Below are positions 30,119 through 38,695 of a stretch of DNA of 51,690 nt, one piece after another. This stretch comes from Minisyncoccia bacterium (GTDB lineage Bacteria; Patescibacteriota; Minisyncoccia; Phycocordibacterales; UBA918). The stretch is from NCBI GenBank assembly GCA_964229335.1, contig CAXRCZ010000005.1:1-51690 (forward strand), written 5' to 3'. The notes under the pieces were generated by a model. The model worked only from the letters and a program-made list of their open reading frames with translations, was not told the DNA's origin and did no database searches. The position numbers were made by a program, and so were the translations under genes. Positions within the stretch are counted from its first letter, which is position 1; each line of letters starts with the position of its first letter.

Positions 30119-30706
30119 TTACCTGACTTGTAAATCTTCAGATTCATAGACAGTCCCATATTCTGCTTGAATCGAAGCCGCATCACTAAACAAAATATCT
30201 GACGGAGGTTCATATACTGTTTGGTCTACTTGCCAGTCTCTACATTGAGCAGTAATCGCAGTTGATTCAGTTATTGGTTGTTGATTTTGGAGTAGTTCTT
30301 TGTTTTCATCAGTCACTTTTACACCATAAAACTCTCCTCCAATCTCTGACCATAAATACAGAGTGGTCAGATCGTCAATTACATAATAAGTGATTTCTCC
30401 ACCGAGTGATACTTCGTTGGCAGCAACTTCACCGTAATATCGATTATTAGAAAAGTAGTAGGTACCATTTACTGCAGCACCCGATACTTCATCACGATAA
30501 GTTACCGTACATTCTTGCGGACTACTGTTGGTGCGCAATTGAGCGAGCGTCGTGGTGGACCCAGACTCAGAAGTGTCTGCTTCATCTTGAGGTACCTCTT
30601 CTGGAGTATTTTGAGTATCGGTAGAAGTCAAAAAAAGCGGGCTTAAGTACACATAGCCAACGATCGCTGCCCCGAGTAGAATGATGATGTAAAAAATAGT
30701 TTTCAT
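30119..30706 (-). CDS. Hypothetical membrane-anchored protein
   Basis: N-terminal TM; C...G..Y....R...C..W.VD..VYEPPSDI.F. Confidence 0.7.
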   Translation of the reverse strand: MKTIFYIIILLGAAIVGYVYLSPLFLTSTDTQNTPEEVPQDEADTSESGSTTTLAQLRTNSSPQECTVTYRDEVSGAAVNGTYYFSNNRYYGEVAANEVSLGGEITYYVIDDLTTLYLWSEIGGEFYGVKVTDENKELLQNQQPITESTAITAQCRDWQVDQTVYEPPSDILFSDAASIQAEYGTVYESEDLQVR

Positions 30707-30776
30707 AGGTTTAATATTTTTGTTTGTTTTAACTATTTTACACTAACTACGACCGCTACCATGTCATAATATAGAC

Positions 30777-31769
30777 ATGATAAATCACAAGACAGTGATT
30801 CACATGATTTATGGCACTGCCCTGCTACTTTTTGTATTGCTCGCCGTCGGACTTAGTGTACTTCTAGAGTCAAAAGCCTATATCTTTAAGAACAACGAAT
30901 CCGTTATCGAAGCCCCTGCTGAACCTTTCCCTGTCGGAGTGGATCCAAAAAACAAACAAATTAGTGAGCGGTTAATGACTCCTGATTATCAGGACAGTTC
31001 TCTTGCTACAAGTATCGGCGACTGGTGGAAAAAAGTTACCAGAGAATTAGTCGGCAGAGACTGGTACCAAAACTTGGCATCACCAATTAGCCGGGTGTTT
31101 GTAATATGGCCAGGAGAACGTAAAGAAGAGGTTGCAGAACACATTGGAGGAATTCTTCGCTGGAGTAGTGAGGAACGTCAGTATTTTCTAGAGTTAGTAT
31201 CAAATGCTGATCCTACACTAAGTGAAGGAAAGTTCTATCCAGGAGAATACGTTGTCCATCGCTACGCCACCCCAGAAGATGTTGCCAGTTTACTAGCAGA
31301 AGAATTTAATACTAATATCCTTGAGCGATATACTCCGGCAGTAGAAGAACGAGTCCCTCTAGAACAAGCTCTAATAATTGCCTCACTGCTTGAAAGAGAG
31401 GCAAGCGATTTTGAAAACATGCGTGAGGTATCCGGAGTTATCTGGAATCGGCTATTTATTGATATGCCATTACAACTTGACGCTACCCTGCAGTACGCTC
31501 GTGGTAGCCAGGCGAGCGAGCGTGAGTGGTGGCCGGTACCGATGCCAAGAGATAAATACATTGATTCGCCTTACAATACATACGCTGAAATCGGCTTACC
31601 CCCGACTGCAATTGCCAACCCTTCTCAAGAAGCGGTGATAGCTGCTCTTAATCCGGTACCGACCGAATGTTTATTCTATTTTCATGATGCTCGTGGTAAC
31701 TATTTCTGTAGCGAAACATACCAAGAACATATTCAAGGATTACGTGCCTCGTATGGGCGAGGCAAATAG
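30777..31769 (+). CDS. mltG: Endolytic transglycosylase MltG (YceG)
   Basis: EG.FYPG.Y, IASLLEREA, NRL...MPLQLDATLQY, SPYNTY...GLPP..IANP. Confidence 0.92.
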   Translation: MINHKTVIHMIYGTALLLFVLLAVGLSVLLESKAYIFKNNESVIEAPAEPFPVGVDPKNKQISERLMTPDYQDSSLATSIGDWWKKVTRELVGRDWYQNLASPISRVFVIWPGERKEEVAEHIGGILRWSSEERQYFLELVSNADPTLSEGKFYPGEYVVHRYATPEDVASLLAEEFNTNILERYTPAVEERVPLEQALIIASLLEREASDFENMREVSGVIWNRLFIDMPLQLDATLQYARGSQASEREWWPVPMPRDKYIDSPYNTYAEIGLPPTAIANPSQEAVIAALNPVPTECLFYFHDARGNYFCSETYQEHIQGLRASYGRGK

Positions 31770-31774
31770 TTACG

Positions 31775-32521
31775 TTAAGCTTCGCTTTTTGCCTGTTCGA
31801 TTAGTTGTCTAACCTGTTCTAGTGGCACCGCACCGTTGATTGGATATTTCTTTCCACTTGGTCCGATTAGGATTGACCACGGTGTTCCGCGACCGCCAGT
31901 CTCTACTGCATTGGCCACATCAGTCTGCACTTCATCCATCAAATCTCCAGCCTCATAACACTCTTGAAATGTCGCTATATCGACTCCAGTCTCTCGGACC
32001 AAACTTGGAAGCAACGTTTCGTACGGAGTTGAATCTCCAGCTTCACGAACCGCAAAGTATCCATCAGCAAATGTCCAAAAGGCGTCATCGCCACCGAGTG
32101 AAGCTACACATTCGGATGCTAACGCTACTTCAGGGGCTTGGGGGTGCAATTGTGGTAGCGGGAATTGACGGTACACCCATGCTACTTCACCATCATATTC
32201 AGATACAACACTTTTCATTGAGGTATGAAAACGACTACAGAAAGGACAGTCAAAGTCAGAGTATTCAACAATAGTTATCGGCGCATCTACATTGCCACGA
32301 ATATGATCGTCTTCAGATACTGGAGCGACGTTTTCTAGAGCAGCTTCTGCTTCAGCACTATTTATATCGTTTCCTGGTTGCATAGCCGGTTGGCCGGTTG
32401 GCGATGATTGACTAAAGTAGAAGCCAGCTCCAATACATATACCCGCGATTACAATCGCGACTGGAGTGTAAAGGTCTTTAATAGCAAAAGTGTTTTTTGG
32501 TGAAGTTGATGATTCAGTCAT
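31775..32521 (-). CDS. DsbA/thioredoxin-fold oxidoreductase
   Basis: EYSDFDCPFC, YRQFPL..LH, GGRGTP. Confidence 0.93.
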   Translation of the reverse strand: MTESSTSPKNTFAIKDLYTPVAIVIAGICIGAGFYFSQSSPTGQPAMQPGNDINSAEAEAALENVAPVSEDDHIRGNVDAPITIVEYSDFDCPFCSRFHTSMKSVVSEYDGEVAWVYRQFPLPQLHPQAPEVALASECVASLGGDDAFWTFADGYFAVREAGDSTPYETLLPSLVRETGVDIATFQECYEAGDLMDEVQTDVANAVETGGRGTPWSILIGPSGKKYPINGAVPLEQVRQLIEQAKSEA

Positions 32522-32568
32522 GGTTTTTTATATTACTTCGTAAGCATACCATGATTTATTGAGGCGAA

Positions 32569-33597
32569 TCATTCAGCCTGACCAGACAAATCTGGCTGTA
32601 ATTCAGTTCGCACCCCATTTAGATACAGTTCTACACCGCTAACGGTATCGAATTGTAAAGCAGTCTCTTCTATCTGAATTTTCGCTCGCGGATTGTCACA
32701 CACACCAGTTAGGCCAGTTAGTTCTCCTTCAAGATAAATGGAGGCTATACCCTGATCATTCAAGGTCGCTCGATCAAAGCTAAGCGTATCATTTGTCTCT
32801 GCAATGAAGTTATACCAACCCATTACATCTGTGGACTCATACGTGAACAAGGTTCGAATGGCGGCATTTAACGGTTGAGTGGTAGCAGGTATGATTTCTT
32901 CAACCATAATCACTCTGTCACAACCACGGATTTCTCCGCCAGAATCTGATTCTTGACCATCAAGATTAAGTACAGCAATTTCAATTGTCTTAGTAGCAAT
33001 AGTCTCTTCATCCCGTTCAAAGGAAAGAGTATTCAAAACAGCCATCAATTCATTTTCGTACTGCTCACTGTTCGCGCCGTACGTAGAATAGGCTACATCT
33101 ACTGTTAGATTGCTATCTGGGAAAGGTTGATAGGTTATGTGGGTAATATCATCTCCACCAAGCTCTGAACTAGTAGTGTACGTTACTGCCTCGTGACCAT
33201 TGAACTGGAGCGATTGCACTCTTGATGTAGGACCTTGCTCATCAGCATATGTTTCAAGATTGGCTGATTGGTTTATGGTAAAGGAAGCATAGTACCCATC
33301 TGTAATCTCTGTTGCTTCTTCACTATTCGGACCAATATATTTTATTTCATAAATATCATCCTGCACCTCAGTCACAGAAACTTCAGTCGGATAGCGCAAT
33401 CGCATAGTGGTGTCATTTGTAGTTTCAGCCTGATACGATTGCCAGTTGGACGTCACGCCTCTTTGGTTGTTTGTTTGCTCTTTTTGCTCATCATCAGTTG
33501 AAGTATTGTTTTGATCTCCATCAGCAAAACCAAACAATAGGAAGGCTATTCCCCCGATAACAAGTACGAGAATAATAGTAGTAAGTACTGTTTTCAT
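32569..33597 (-). CDS. Membrane-anchored protein with C-terminal GerMN-like domain
   Basis: CD.V..V..IP....LNAAI..L, G.C..PR..QIEETALQF.TV..V..YLNG. Confidence 0.75.
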   Translation of the reverse strand: MKTVLTTIILVLVIGGIAFLLFGFADGDQNNTSTDDEQKEQTNNQRGVTSNWQSYQAETTNDTTMRLRYPTEVSVTEVQDDIYEIKYIGPNSEEATEITDGYYASFTINQSANLETYADEQGPTSRVQSLQFNGHEAVTYTTSSELGGDDITHITYQPFPDSNLTVDVAYSTYGANSEQYENELMAVLNTLSFERDEETIATKTIEIAVLNLDGQESDSGGEIRGCDRVIMVEEIIPATTQPLNAAIRTLFTYESTDVMGWYNFIAETNDTLSFDRATLNDQGIASIYLEGELTGLTGVCDNPRAKIQIEETALQFDTVSGVELYLNGVRTELQPDLSGQAE

Positions 33598-33716
33598 AGC
33601 TAAGTAGTGTTACTAGCTGGTAAAGTCGTATGTACGATATAGTATACAATTATACATAATTGTACATTATCCTATTTATAATACAAGTGAAGTAAGACCT
33701 TCTCTTTTGCCAAAAT

Positions 33717-33741
33717 AAAACACCCGCCTAGCGGGTGTTTT
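33717..33741. terminator. Intrinsic terminator
   Basis: aaaacacccgc-cta-gcgggtgtttt. Confidence 0.8.
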
Positions 33742-33762
33742 GAAAGAGAGTAATAAGAGGTT

Positions 33763-34443
33763 TTAGTTAACCTCAACTTCTACTGTCGTAGTGGCTTCGC
33801 CTTCTGCATCAGAATCATCTGAAGATTCATCATCTTCTGAATCATTCATTTCTTCATCGCTGCTAGTAGCAGTTGAAGTAGCGTTCATGTCTACTTCGAT
33901 GTCATCAAGATTGTCTGGAGCTTCGTCAGCAATATCGTCGATTAAATCATCAACGTTATCATTTGGCTCGTAGTCTTCGTCAGACACCTCAATTACCGCT
34001 TCTTGTGAAGCTTCGATAGTGCTTACAAAGGCTGCCGTTAGGGTTCGTCCGCCACTTGAGCGTCGGACAGACTCGCTAGAAGCTGCCGTTTCGTCAACCG
34101 CAGTTAGAGTTGCTTGGAAGGTGAGCAAAGTGTTCTTTAGTCGATCGAGTCCTTGTTGGAGCTGCATCTTCTGACTAGTGCTCAATTCTGCATCAGCTGC
34201 TGCTGTCATGCTAGTTTCTACCGCATCAAGACGAGTGAAGATTCTGGCCCGAGCATCAGCTGCTTGTTCTGGTGTCATGGTGCCAGCAGCTACTTCAGCT
34301 TCAATGCTGGCGAGTTCTGCTTCAAGCGCGTCCAATTCAGTATCGACAGTAAGTTCGTAGTCATTTGACTGATTAGCTAGGTATAGACCACCGATAGCCA
34401 CTAGTCCTAGTACTACAATAAGTGAAATAATTAGTTTTCCCAT
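33763..34443 (-). CDS. Hypothetical acidic membrane-anchored coiled-coil protein
   Basis: N-terminal TM, helical middle, D/E/S-rich tail. Confidence 0.7.
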   Translation of the reverse strand: MGKLIISLIVVLGLVAIGGLYLANQSNDYELTVDTELDALEAELASIEAEVAAGTMTPEQAADARARIFTRLDAVETSMTAAADAELSTSQKMQLQQGLDRLKNTLLTFQATLTAVDETAASSESVRRSSGGRTLTAAFVSTIEASQEAVIEVSDEDYEPNDNVDDLIDDIADEAPDNLDDIEVDMNATSTATSSDEEMNDSEDDESSDDSDAEGEATTTVEVEVN

Positions 34444-34630
34444 AAAAGTAAAATAATTGTAAGTAATGATACGGATGTACCAGTAATTAGAGTAGCTCCA
34501 ATTATATGAGCTGTCTAGCTATGGTACAGTGCTGCCATGAACAAAAAACTGACAGCCGGCGCATTTATCGCCATTCTTATAGCCATATTTGCCGCTATTG
34601 GCATATTTTAGATATGCGATATAGTACTAA

Positions 34631-34815
34631 TGAGCGCTTGAGCGACCATTGCGGCTAGTAGTGTCGGATCAGCATGCCGATGCGAATACCGCGAGTGAGA
34701 TCTCCTCTTGCTTTGCCTGGTGCCAATAGTCCCGGTAAGAGACGCGACCACTTGAACCGGACATTCTGGTACACGGCGGCCGTAACTACAACGGTCCAGT
34801 CGGCCCAAGCGCTCA
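34631..34815 (+). ncRNA. ssrS: Probable 6S RNA
   Basis: 185 nt; closing stem TGAGCGCTTG/CAAGCGCTCA; central bubble GCCG-ATGCGAATACCG-CGAGTG opposite CACTTG-AACCGGACATTCTGGTACA-CGGC, resembling the GCCGAU..AUACC and CUUGAACC elements of enterobacterial 6S; TATAGT upstream and terminator downstream. Confidence 0.7.
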
Positions 34816-34822
34816 CCCCCAC

Positions 34823-34846
34823 CCGCCACCATAGTGGCGGTTTTTT
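34823..34846 (+). terminator. Terminator of the 6S-like RNA
   Basis: ccgccac-cata-gtggcgg-tttttt. Confidence 0.85.
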
Positions 34847-34850
34847 ATAT

Positions 34851-34874
34851 AAAAAGCCACCGCAAGCGGCAGCT
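34851..34874 (-). terminator. Terminator of the minus-strand structured RNA
   Basis: Minus strand agctgccgc-tt-gcggtggct-tttt. Confidence 0.8.
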
Positions 34875-34875
34875 G

Positions 34876-35092
34876 GTGAGAATAAGTGGGTTTAGGCTTG
34901 GAAGCTGTTGCTCCCATGTTCAGATGGACTCTCAAGCCACCCTACTCAAGGCTCTGTCGGTCACCCGGTATACAGTCTCACTCATCACCTAGGGGTGAGT
35001 TCTTGTTTGACTCTCAAGCGCTGGCCTATTCAAAAGAATCGCCGCGGCGGCCGCTAACGACCACCTTTTGGTCTCTTCCCACTCATTCCCAC
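34876..35092 (-). ncRNA. Unidentified structured RNA of about 215 nt
   Basis: 15-bp closing stem GTGGGAATGAGTGGG/CCCACTTATTCTCAC whose mismatches are G-U only on the minus strand; several internal hairpins; own promoter and terminator. Confidence 0.7.
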
Positions 35093-35097
35093 AATTG

Positions 35098-35125
35098 AGT
35101 TTACTCTTTTAAACTTTTACGTCAA
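35098..35125 (-). promoter_or_regulatory. Sigma70 promoter for the 215-nt RNA
   Basis: TTGACG (35125-35120)-16 nt-TAAACT (35103-35098), 5 nt before the closing stem. Confidence 0.6.
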
Positions 35126-35157
35126 TTAGTTTGCCGTCTGAGACAATGCTGGAACTT

Positions 35158-35784
35158 TTATACATCAGGAAACCTATCCAAAAACCGTTCAGCGTGCGTA
35201 TAAGTCTTATGGCCCCATTCAGGAAACAGATTCCCAAACACAATTCGCTCTCCATCTTTTCCTGCGATAAACATAACTCTTTCGAATGGATACTGCGGTA
35301 TAGCTTTTAAAGCTGAATTTATCTGCTCAAATTCATCTTTGGAGATAGATATTTCTCCTCTCATTAATAAAGCTAGGACTCCGCTACCACCTGGAGTATA
35401 TTTTTTTGGAATCTTAGAGGTTAAATACTCTAAAAGATTCGCTACCCCCTTCTTTTTTGTTAAGAAAAACTTTTTTAACTGAAATGCTGAAGCTTTATGC
35501 TTTCCTCTACTCGATAAATCTAAATCTTCCGGAATCAGATAGACATCTATATCATGATCTTCTTCAATTTTGTTCCTGAGGACTTCTACAATGTTTTCAT
35601 CTTTAGTTAAGGACTCTTTAGCAGGAAGTGCTACTTTTAATTTTTCTCCAGTCTCCTTGGTGTGGAACTTAATCAAAATTAGTGCCAAGCCAAGTTCGTA
35701 ATCCTTACTCTTATCAATATTTTTGCTACCAGCAAGATACTTTTCTATCTCAGCAGTTGTTAAAATTAGGTAGTCTCGTCTCAT
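35158..35784 (-). CDS. AT-rich orphan protein, possible PD-(D/E)xK-type nuclease
   Basis: 208 aa, visibly AT-richer than neighbours; E..., DIDVYL..., FQLKK; lies just 3' of the tRNA-Gln remnant. Confidence 0.6.
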   Translation of the reverse strand: MRRDYLILTTAEIEKYLAGSKNIDKSKDYELGLALILIKFHTKETGEKLKVALPAKESLTKDENIVEVLRNKIEEDHDIDVYLIPEDLDLSSRGKHKASAFQLKKFFLTKKKGVANLLEYLTSKIPKKYTPGGSGVLALLMRGEISISKDEFEQINSALKAIPQYPFERVMFIAGKDGERIVFGNLFPEWGHKTYTHAERFLDRFPDV

Positions 35785-35814
35785 ATAAAATATCTGACTG
35801 AAAGACAGGGATTC

Positions 35815-35910
35815 AATTCTTACAGAATCTGTGCCGCGTTTGGATATTTTATATCGTACCTCATAAAATATCTCAAACCGCTTCTAAAATGATTTCCCAA
35901 ATCATTTTAG
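35815..35910 (-). mobile_element. Miniature hairpin element, TCTGTAAG family, copy 2, in the T-loop of a degenerate tRNA-Gln copy
   Basis: GTTTG-A-GATATTTTAT-loop-ATAAAATATC-CAAAC..GGCACAGATTCTGTAAGAAT, plus hairpin CTAAAATGATTT-GGG-AAATCATTTTAG. Confidence 0.6.
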
Positions 35911-35996
35911 CCCCAATGTTAAGTGCCAGAAACTTGCATTCCTACTTTCGAGTGAGCGAGCGAAGTAAAAGAAGTATTTAGAATTCACATTCACTG

Positions 35997-36067
35997 CTGC
36001 CGGGCAGGGATTCGAACCCCGGTGACAAGTGCCAGAAACTTGCATCCTACCACTAGATGACCCGGCA
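35997..36067 (-). tRNA. tRNA-Gln(CTG)
   Basis: TGCCGGG/CCCGGCA acceptor stem, CAAGT-TT-CTG-GC-ACTTG anticodon arm, GGTTCGAATCC. Confidence 0.95.
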
Positions 36068-36190
36068 GCACTAAATACGAATAGATTTTAAAATACTTTT
36101 TTTAGTTCAGAGCGAACACTGAAAGCAAGCTTTGCTTACCACTAAACGATCGGGCAAGGTGTCACTATACTGCCAGATTTGGGTAATGTT

Positions 36191-36799
36191 TCAAGTCGTT
36201 ACTTCCCTCCACTTACAGCCTTCACTCGCAGGGTCATAGTCGAGCTTTATCATATGTGTGTTAGGCATTTTTGTAATTTTAATAAACAGCCAAATCATCC
36301 GTGATAGTGAAAGCGCTTTGTCATTACATATATGCGCAATTAGCAAACTCATAAATACTGAGTGCGTTACCACTACTACCCGAGCATCTTTTGGGTACGT
36401 TGCTAAGTATTCTTTAGTGCGTATGATTCGCTGGCGCACTTGTTTGTATGACTCCCCGGCTAAGGCGGTGTTTTCAAGTCCTAGGAACCAAAGCAAGTAA
36501 TAAAAGATTGATTGGGGCGAATAATGCGCCCAGCCATAGAGGTACTTGGGTCGCTCTAATTCTACCAAACTGTGCTCTAATTCCAGTGTTAATCCTAGCT
36601 CTTCGTTGATGATTCTAGCAGTTTCAATGGTGCGAATCAGCGGGCTGGCGACCAAGTGGGTTGGTTGCAGCTCTACTAGCGCGCTGGTTATCTTTTTAGC
36701 TTGTTCTATCCCCTGTTCTGTCAAAGGCGTACTTTCAGCTTGGTGACGGTGCGCTACATTACCACGCGTTTGACCGTGTCGAACTAAATACAATTTCAT
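36191..36799 (-). CDS. Histidine phosphatase (phosphoglycerate mutase family)
   Basis: LYLVRHGQT, SPL.R..ETA, GES, VVVTH. Confidence 0.92.
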   Translation of the reverse strand: MKLYLVRHGQTRGNVAHRHQAESTPLTEQGIEQAKKITSALVELQPTHLVASPLIRTIETARIINEELGLTLELEHSLVELERPKYLYGWAHYSPQSIFYYLLWFLGLENTALAGESYKQVRQRIIRTKEYLATYPKDARVVVVTHSVFMSLLIAHICNDKALSLSRMIWLFIKITKMPNTHMIKLDYDPASEGCKWREVTT

Positions 36800-37825
36800 C
36801 TATTTTGTCACTTCAATTAGACCGATTTCTAGAGGTAGCTGTGGGATGGGAGACCGAGCTGTGTCATTCACTGCTTCGAGTAGACGCAAGAGCATGTGTG
36901 AATTGATAGCTGAGTCCTCTTCAGCGCATTGTTTTAAGAGAGTGGTCGCACTCTCACCGAAAGCACGAAGAATGTCATCACTTTGTGCTGGTAGGTTGCG
37001 CAGCAGAATAATGGCTCGCAAGTGCTCAAGTAGTAATCGACCCAGCAAGCGGATGTCGACAGTGTGGACATCTATAGCTGATAGCGAAGTGAGTGCAGAG
37101 GTCGTATCCTTCTGATGCAAGGCAGCAACAATATCTAATAGGATTTGGGATTTTGGAGCGCCAATAATAGTCGCTACTTCGTCAACATCGCCAATGCTAT
37201 CGCCAGAGGCAAGGATGACCTTTTGGATAATCCCCAACGCATCACGGAACGAACCGTCAGCGGCGAGAGCGATTAAATCAGCAGCTTCTGGTGAAAGACT
37301 AAACCCTTCTTTCTTGGCGACATCAATCGCCAGCTTTTGGAGCACTTCTCGGGAGGGTGAATTAAAGCGAAATACTTGGCAGCGGGAAAGAATAGTGTCG
37401 AGTAGTTTTTCTTCTTCGGTCGTCGCCAGAATAAATAGTACGTGAGCTGGTGGTTCTTCAAGAGTTTTCAAAAGCGCGTTGAAGGCTTCTTTGGTGAGCA
37501 TGTGTACTTCGTCGATGATATAGACCTTGTACTTGGATTCGTACGGCAGTGTATGTACAGCTTCTTTTAGTTCACGAATATCATCAATACCACGATTGGA
37601 AGCAGCATCGATTTCATACAGGTCATGTTCGGCGGTACCAAGAGCGCTAGCAAATAATCGTGCCAAGGTGGTCTTGCCGGTACCCCGAGTACCAGAAAAC
37701 AATAAGGCGTGTGGAATAGTATCTTTCGCTATCGCTCCTTCTAGGACAGAGACGATGTGATCTTGGTCTCGCACTTCTTTAAAGCTCTGTGGGCGGTATT
37801 TTCGGTAGAGGGCTCCAACTGACAT
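36800..37825 (-). CDS. dnaX: DNA polymerase III subunit gamma/tau, short form
   Basis: LYRKYRPQ, GTRGTGKTT, EIDAASNRG, IIDEVHML, SRCQ; start MSVGAL at 37825. Confidence 0.96.
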   Translation of the reverse strand: MSVGALYRKYRPQSFKEVRDQDHIVSVLEGAIAKDTIPHALLFSGTRGTGKTTLARLFASALGTAEHDLYEIDAASNRGIDDIRELKEAVHTLPYESKYKVYIIDEVHMLTKEAFNALLKTLEEPPAHVLFILATTEEEKLLDTILSRCQVFRFNSPSREVLQKLAIDVAKKEGFSLSPEAADLIALAADGSFRDALGIIQKVILASGDSIGDVDEVATIIGAPKSQILLDIVAALHQKDTTSALTSLSAIDVHTVDIRLLGRLLLEHLRAIILLRNLPAQSDDILRAFGESATTLLKQCAEEDSAINSHMLLRLLEAVNDTARSPIPQLPLEIGLIEVTK

Positions 37826-37846
37826 GTTGAGTAGTATAGCAGATTG

Positions 37847-37888
37847 AAATAAAAAGCGGCGGGACAATTGTCCCGCCGCTTTTTATTT
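37847..37888. terminator. Perfect palindromic intrinsic terminator
   Basis: aaataaaaagcggcgggacaa|ttgtcccgccgctttttattt. Confidence 0.85.
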
Positions 37889-38360
37889 ACTTAGTCTTTT
37901 TCTTGGCTGCTTTTTTGGTAGTCTTTTTAGTGGCTTTCTTTGCGGCCTTTTTGGCTGTCTTGGTAGTTTTTTTGGCCTGCTTAGTAGTCTTCTTAGCTTG
38001 GCGTTTTACTGGTGCAGCTGCTTTTTCGATTTGTTTCCAATGGAGACGCATCTCTTCTGCAAATTCCTTGATGTCTTTTTTACTCGCCTTCTTGGCTGTA
38101 GCATAGGCTCCAACCACAGTAGCTACCAGTTCCTCGTATTCGTCTTGTGTCATCTCCTTGGCTTCTTCAAGTTGTTCTAACACATCTGCCTTTGCTTTGA
38201 GTGCCCAACTTTTTACCGTTTTTCGGTTCTTGCTGGCGTTGTCGCTCCCATAGAGGAAGTATGCGCCGGCTGCAGCTACTGCTGCGGTGGTGAGCCCGAC
38301 GCCAATGCCAACATTTTTCATCATTTCGTCGTGTTCTTTGTTTGATTTCTTTTTTGCCAT
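37887..38360 (-). CDS. YtxH-like membrane-anchored protein with histone H1-like K/A/T-rich tail
   Basis: Hydrophobic GIGVGL..AAVAAAGAYFL segment, helical middle, AKKTTK/AAKK repeats. Confidence 0.7.
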   Translation of the reverse strand: MAKKKSNKEHDEMMKNVGIGVGLTTAAVAAAGAYFLYGSDNASKNRKTVKSWALKAKADVLEQLEEAKEMTQDEYEELVATVVGAYATAKKASKKDIKEFAEEMRLHWKQIEKAAAPVKRQAKKTTKQAKKTTKTAKKAAKKATKKTTKKAAKKKTK

Positions 38361-38393
38361 ATGTATTTAATTATATAATTAATTATATATTTC

Positions 38394-38675
38394 TTACACC
38401 TCTTTCGAAGTCTTCTTGGTTTTCTTCTTATTAGCTTTAAGAACAAAGCCGATAATACTCGCGACCAGTCCCTGACTAGCAATCAATCTTCGTACTGCTG
38501 CCACATCATCAGAAACTATTTCGCTCGCTGATTCAATACGCTCTAAAATAGAACGTATAAGTTTGATTATTTTATATATTTGGAAAAGAACTAGTGCGAC
38601 GATGAGGGTAAATATCACCACTGCCACACTAGCGATGTAAAAGAATATATTAGCTTGTAGTACTTCATCCATCAT
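38394..38675 (-). CDS. Small membrane protein (DUF948/YtxG-like)
   Basis: N-terminal TM followed by coiled coil; precedes the YtxH-like gene. Confidence 0.6.
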   Translation of the reverse strand: MMDEVLQANIFFYIASVAVVIFTLIVALVLFQIYKIIKLIRSILERIESASEIVSDDVAAVRRLIASQGLVASIIGFVLKANKKKTKKTSKEV

Positions 38676-38695
38676 TATAAGTGTAACAGCAAAAC

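Larger units (their letters stand above)
35806..36156 (-). pseudogene. Fragmented second tRNA-Gln surrounding the intact tRNA-Gln
   Basis: 5' piece 36137-36156 (TGCCCGATCGTTTAGTGGTA), middle piece 35911-35945 (anticodon arm with CTG), 3' piece 35806-35814 (GAATCCCTG), in the correct order. Confidence 0.7.

Noticed and set aside
34608-35098. Short ORFs 34608-34832, 34674-34895 and 34886-35098
   Set aside because: They overlap two structured RNAs and their terminators and show no protein-like features.
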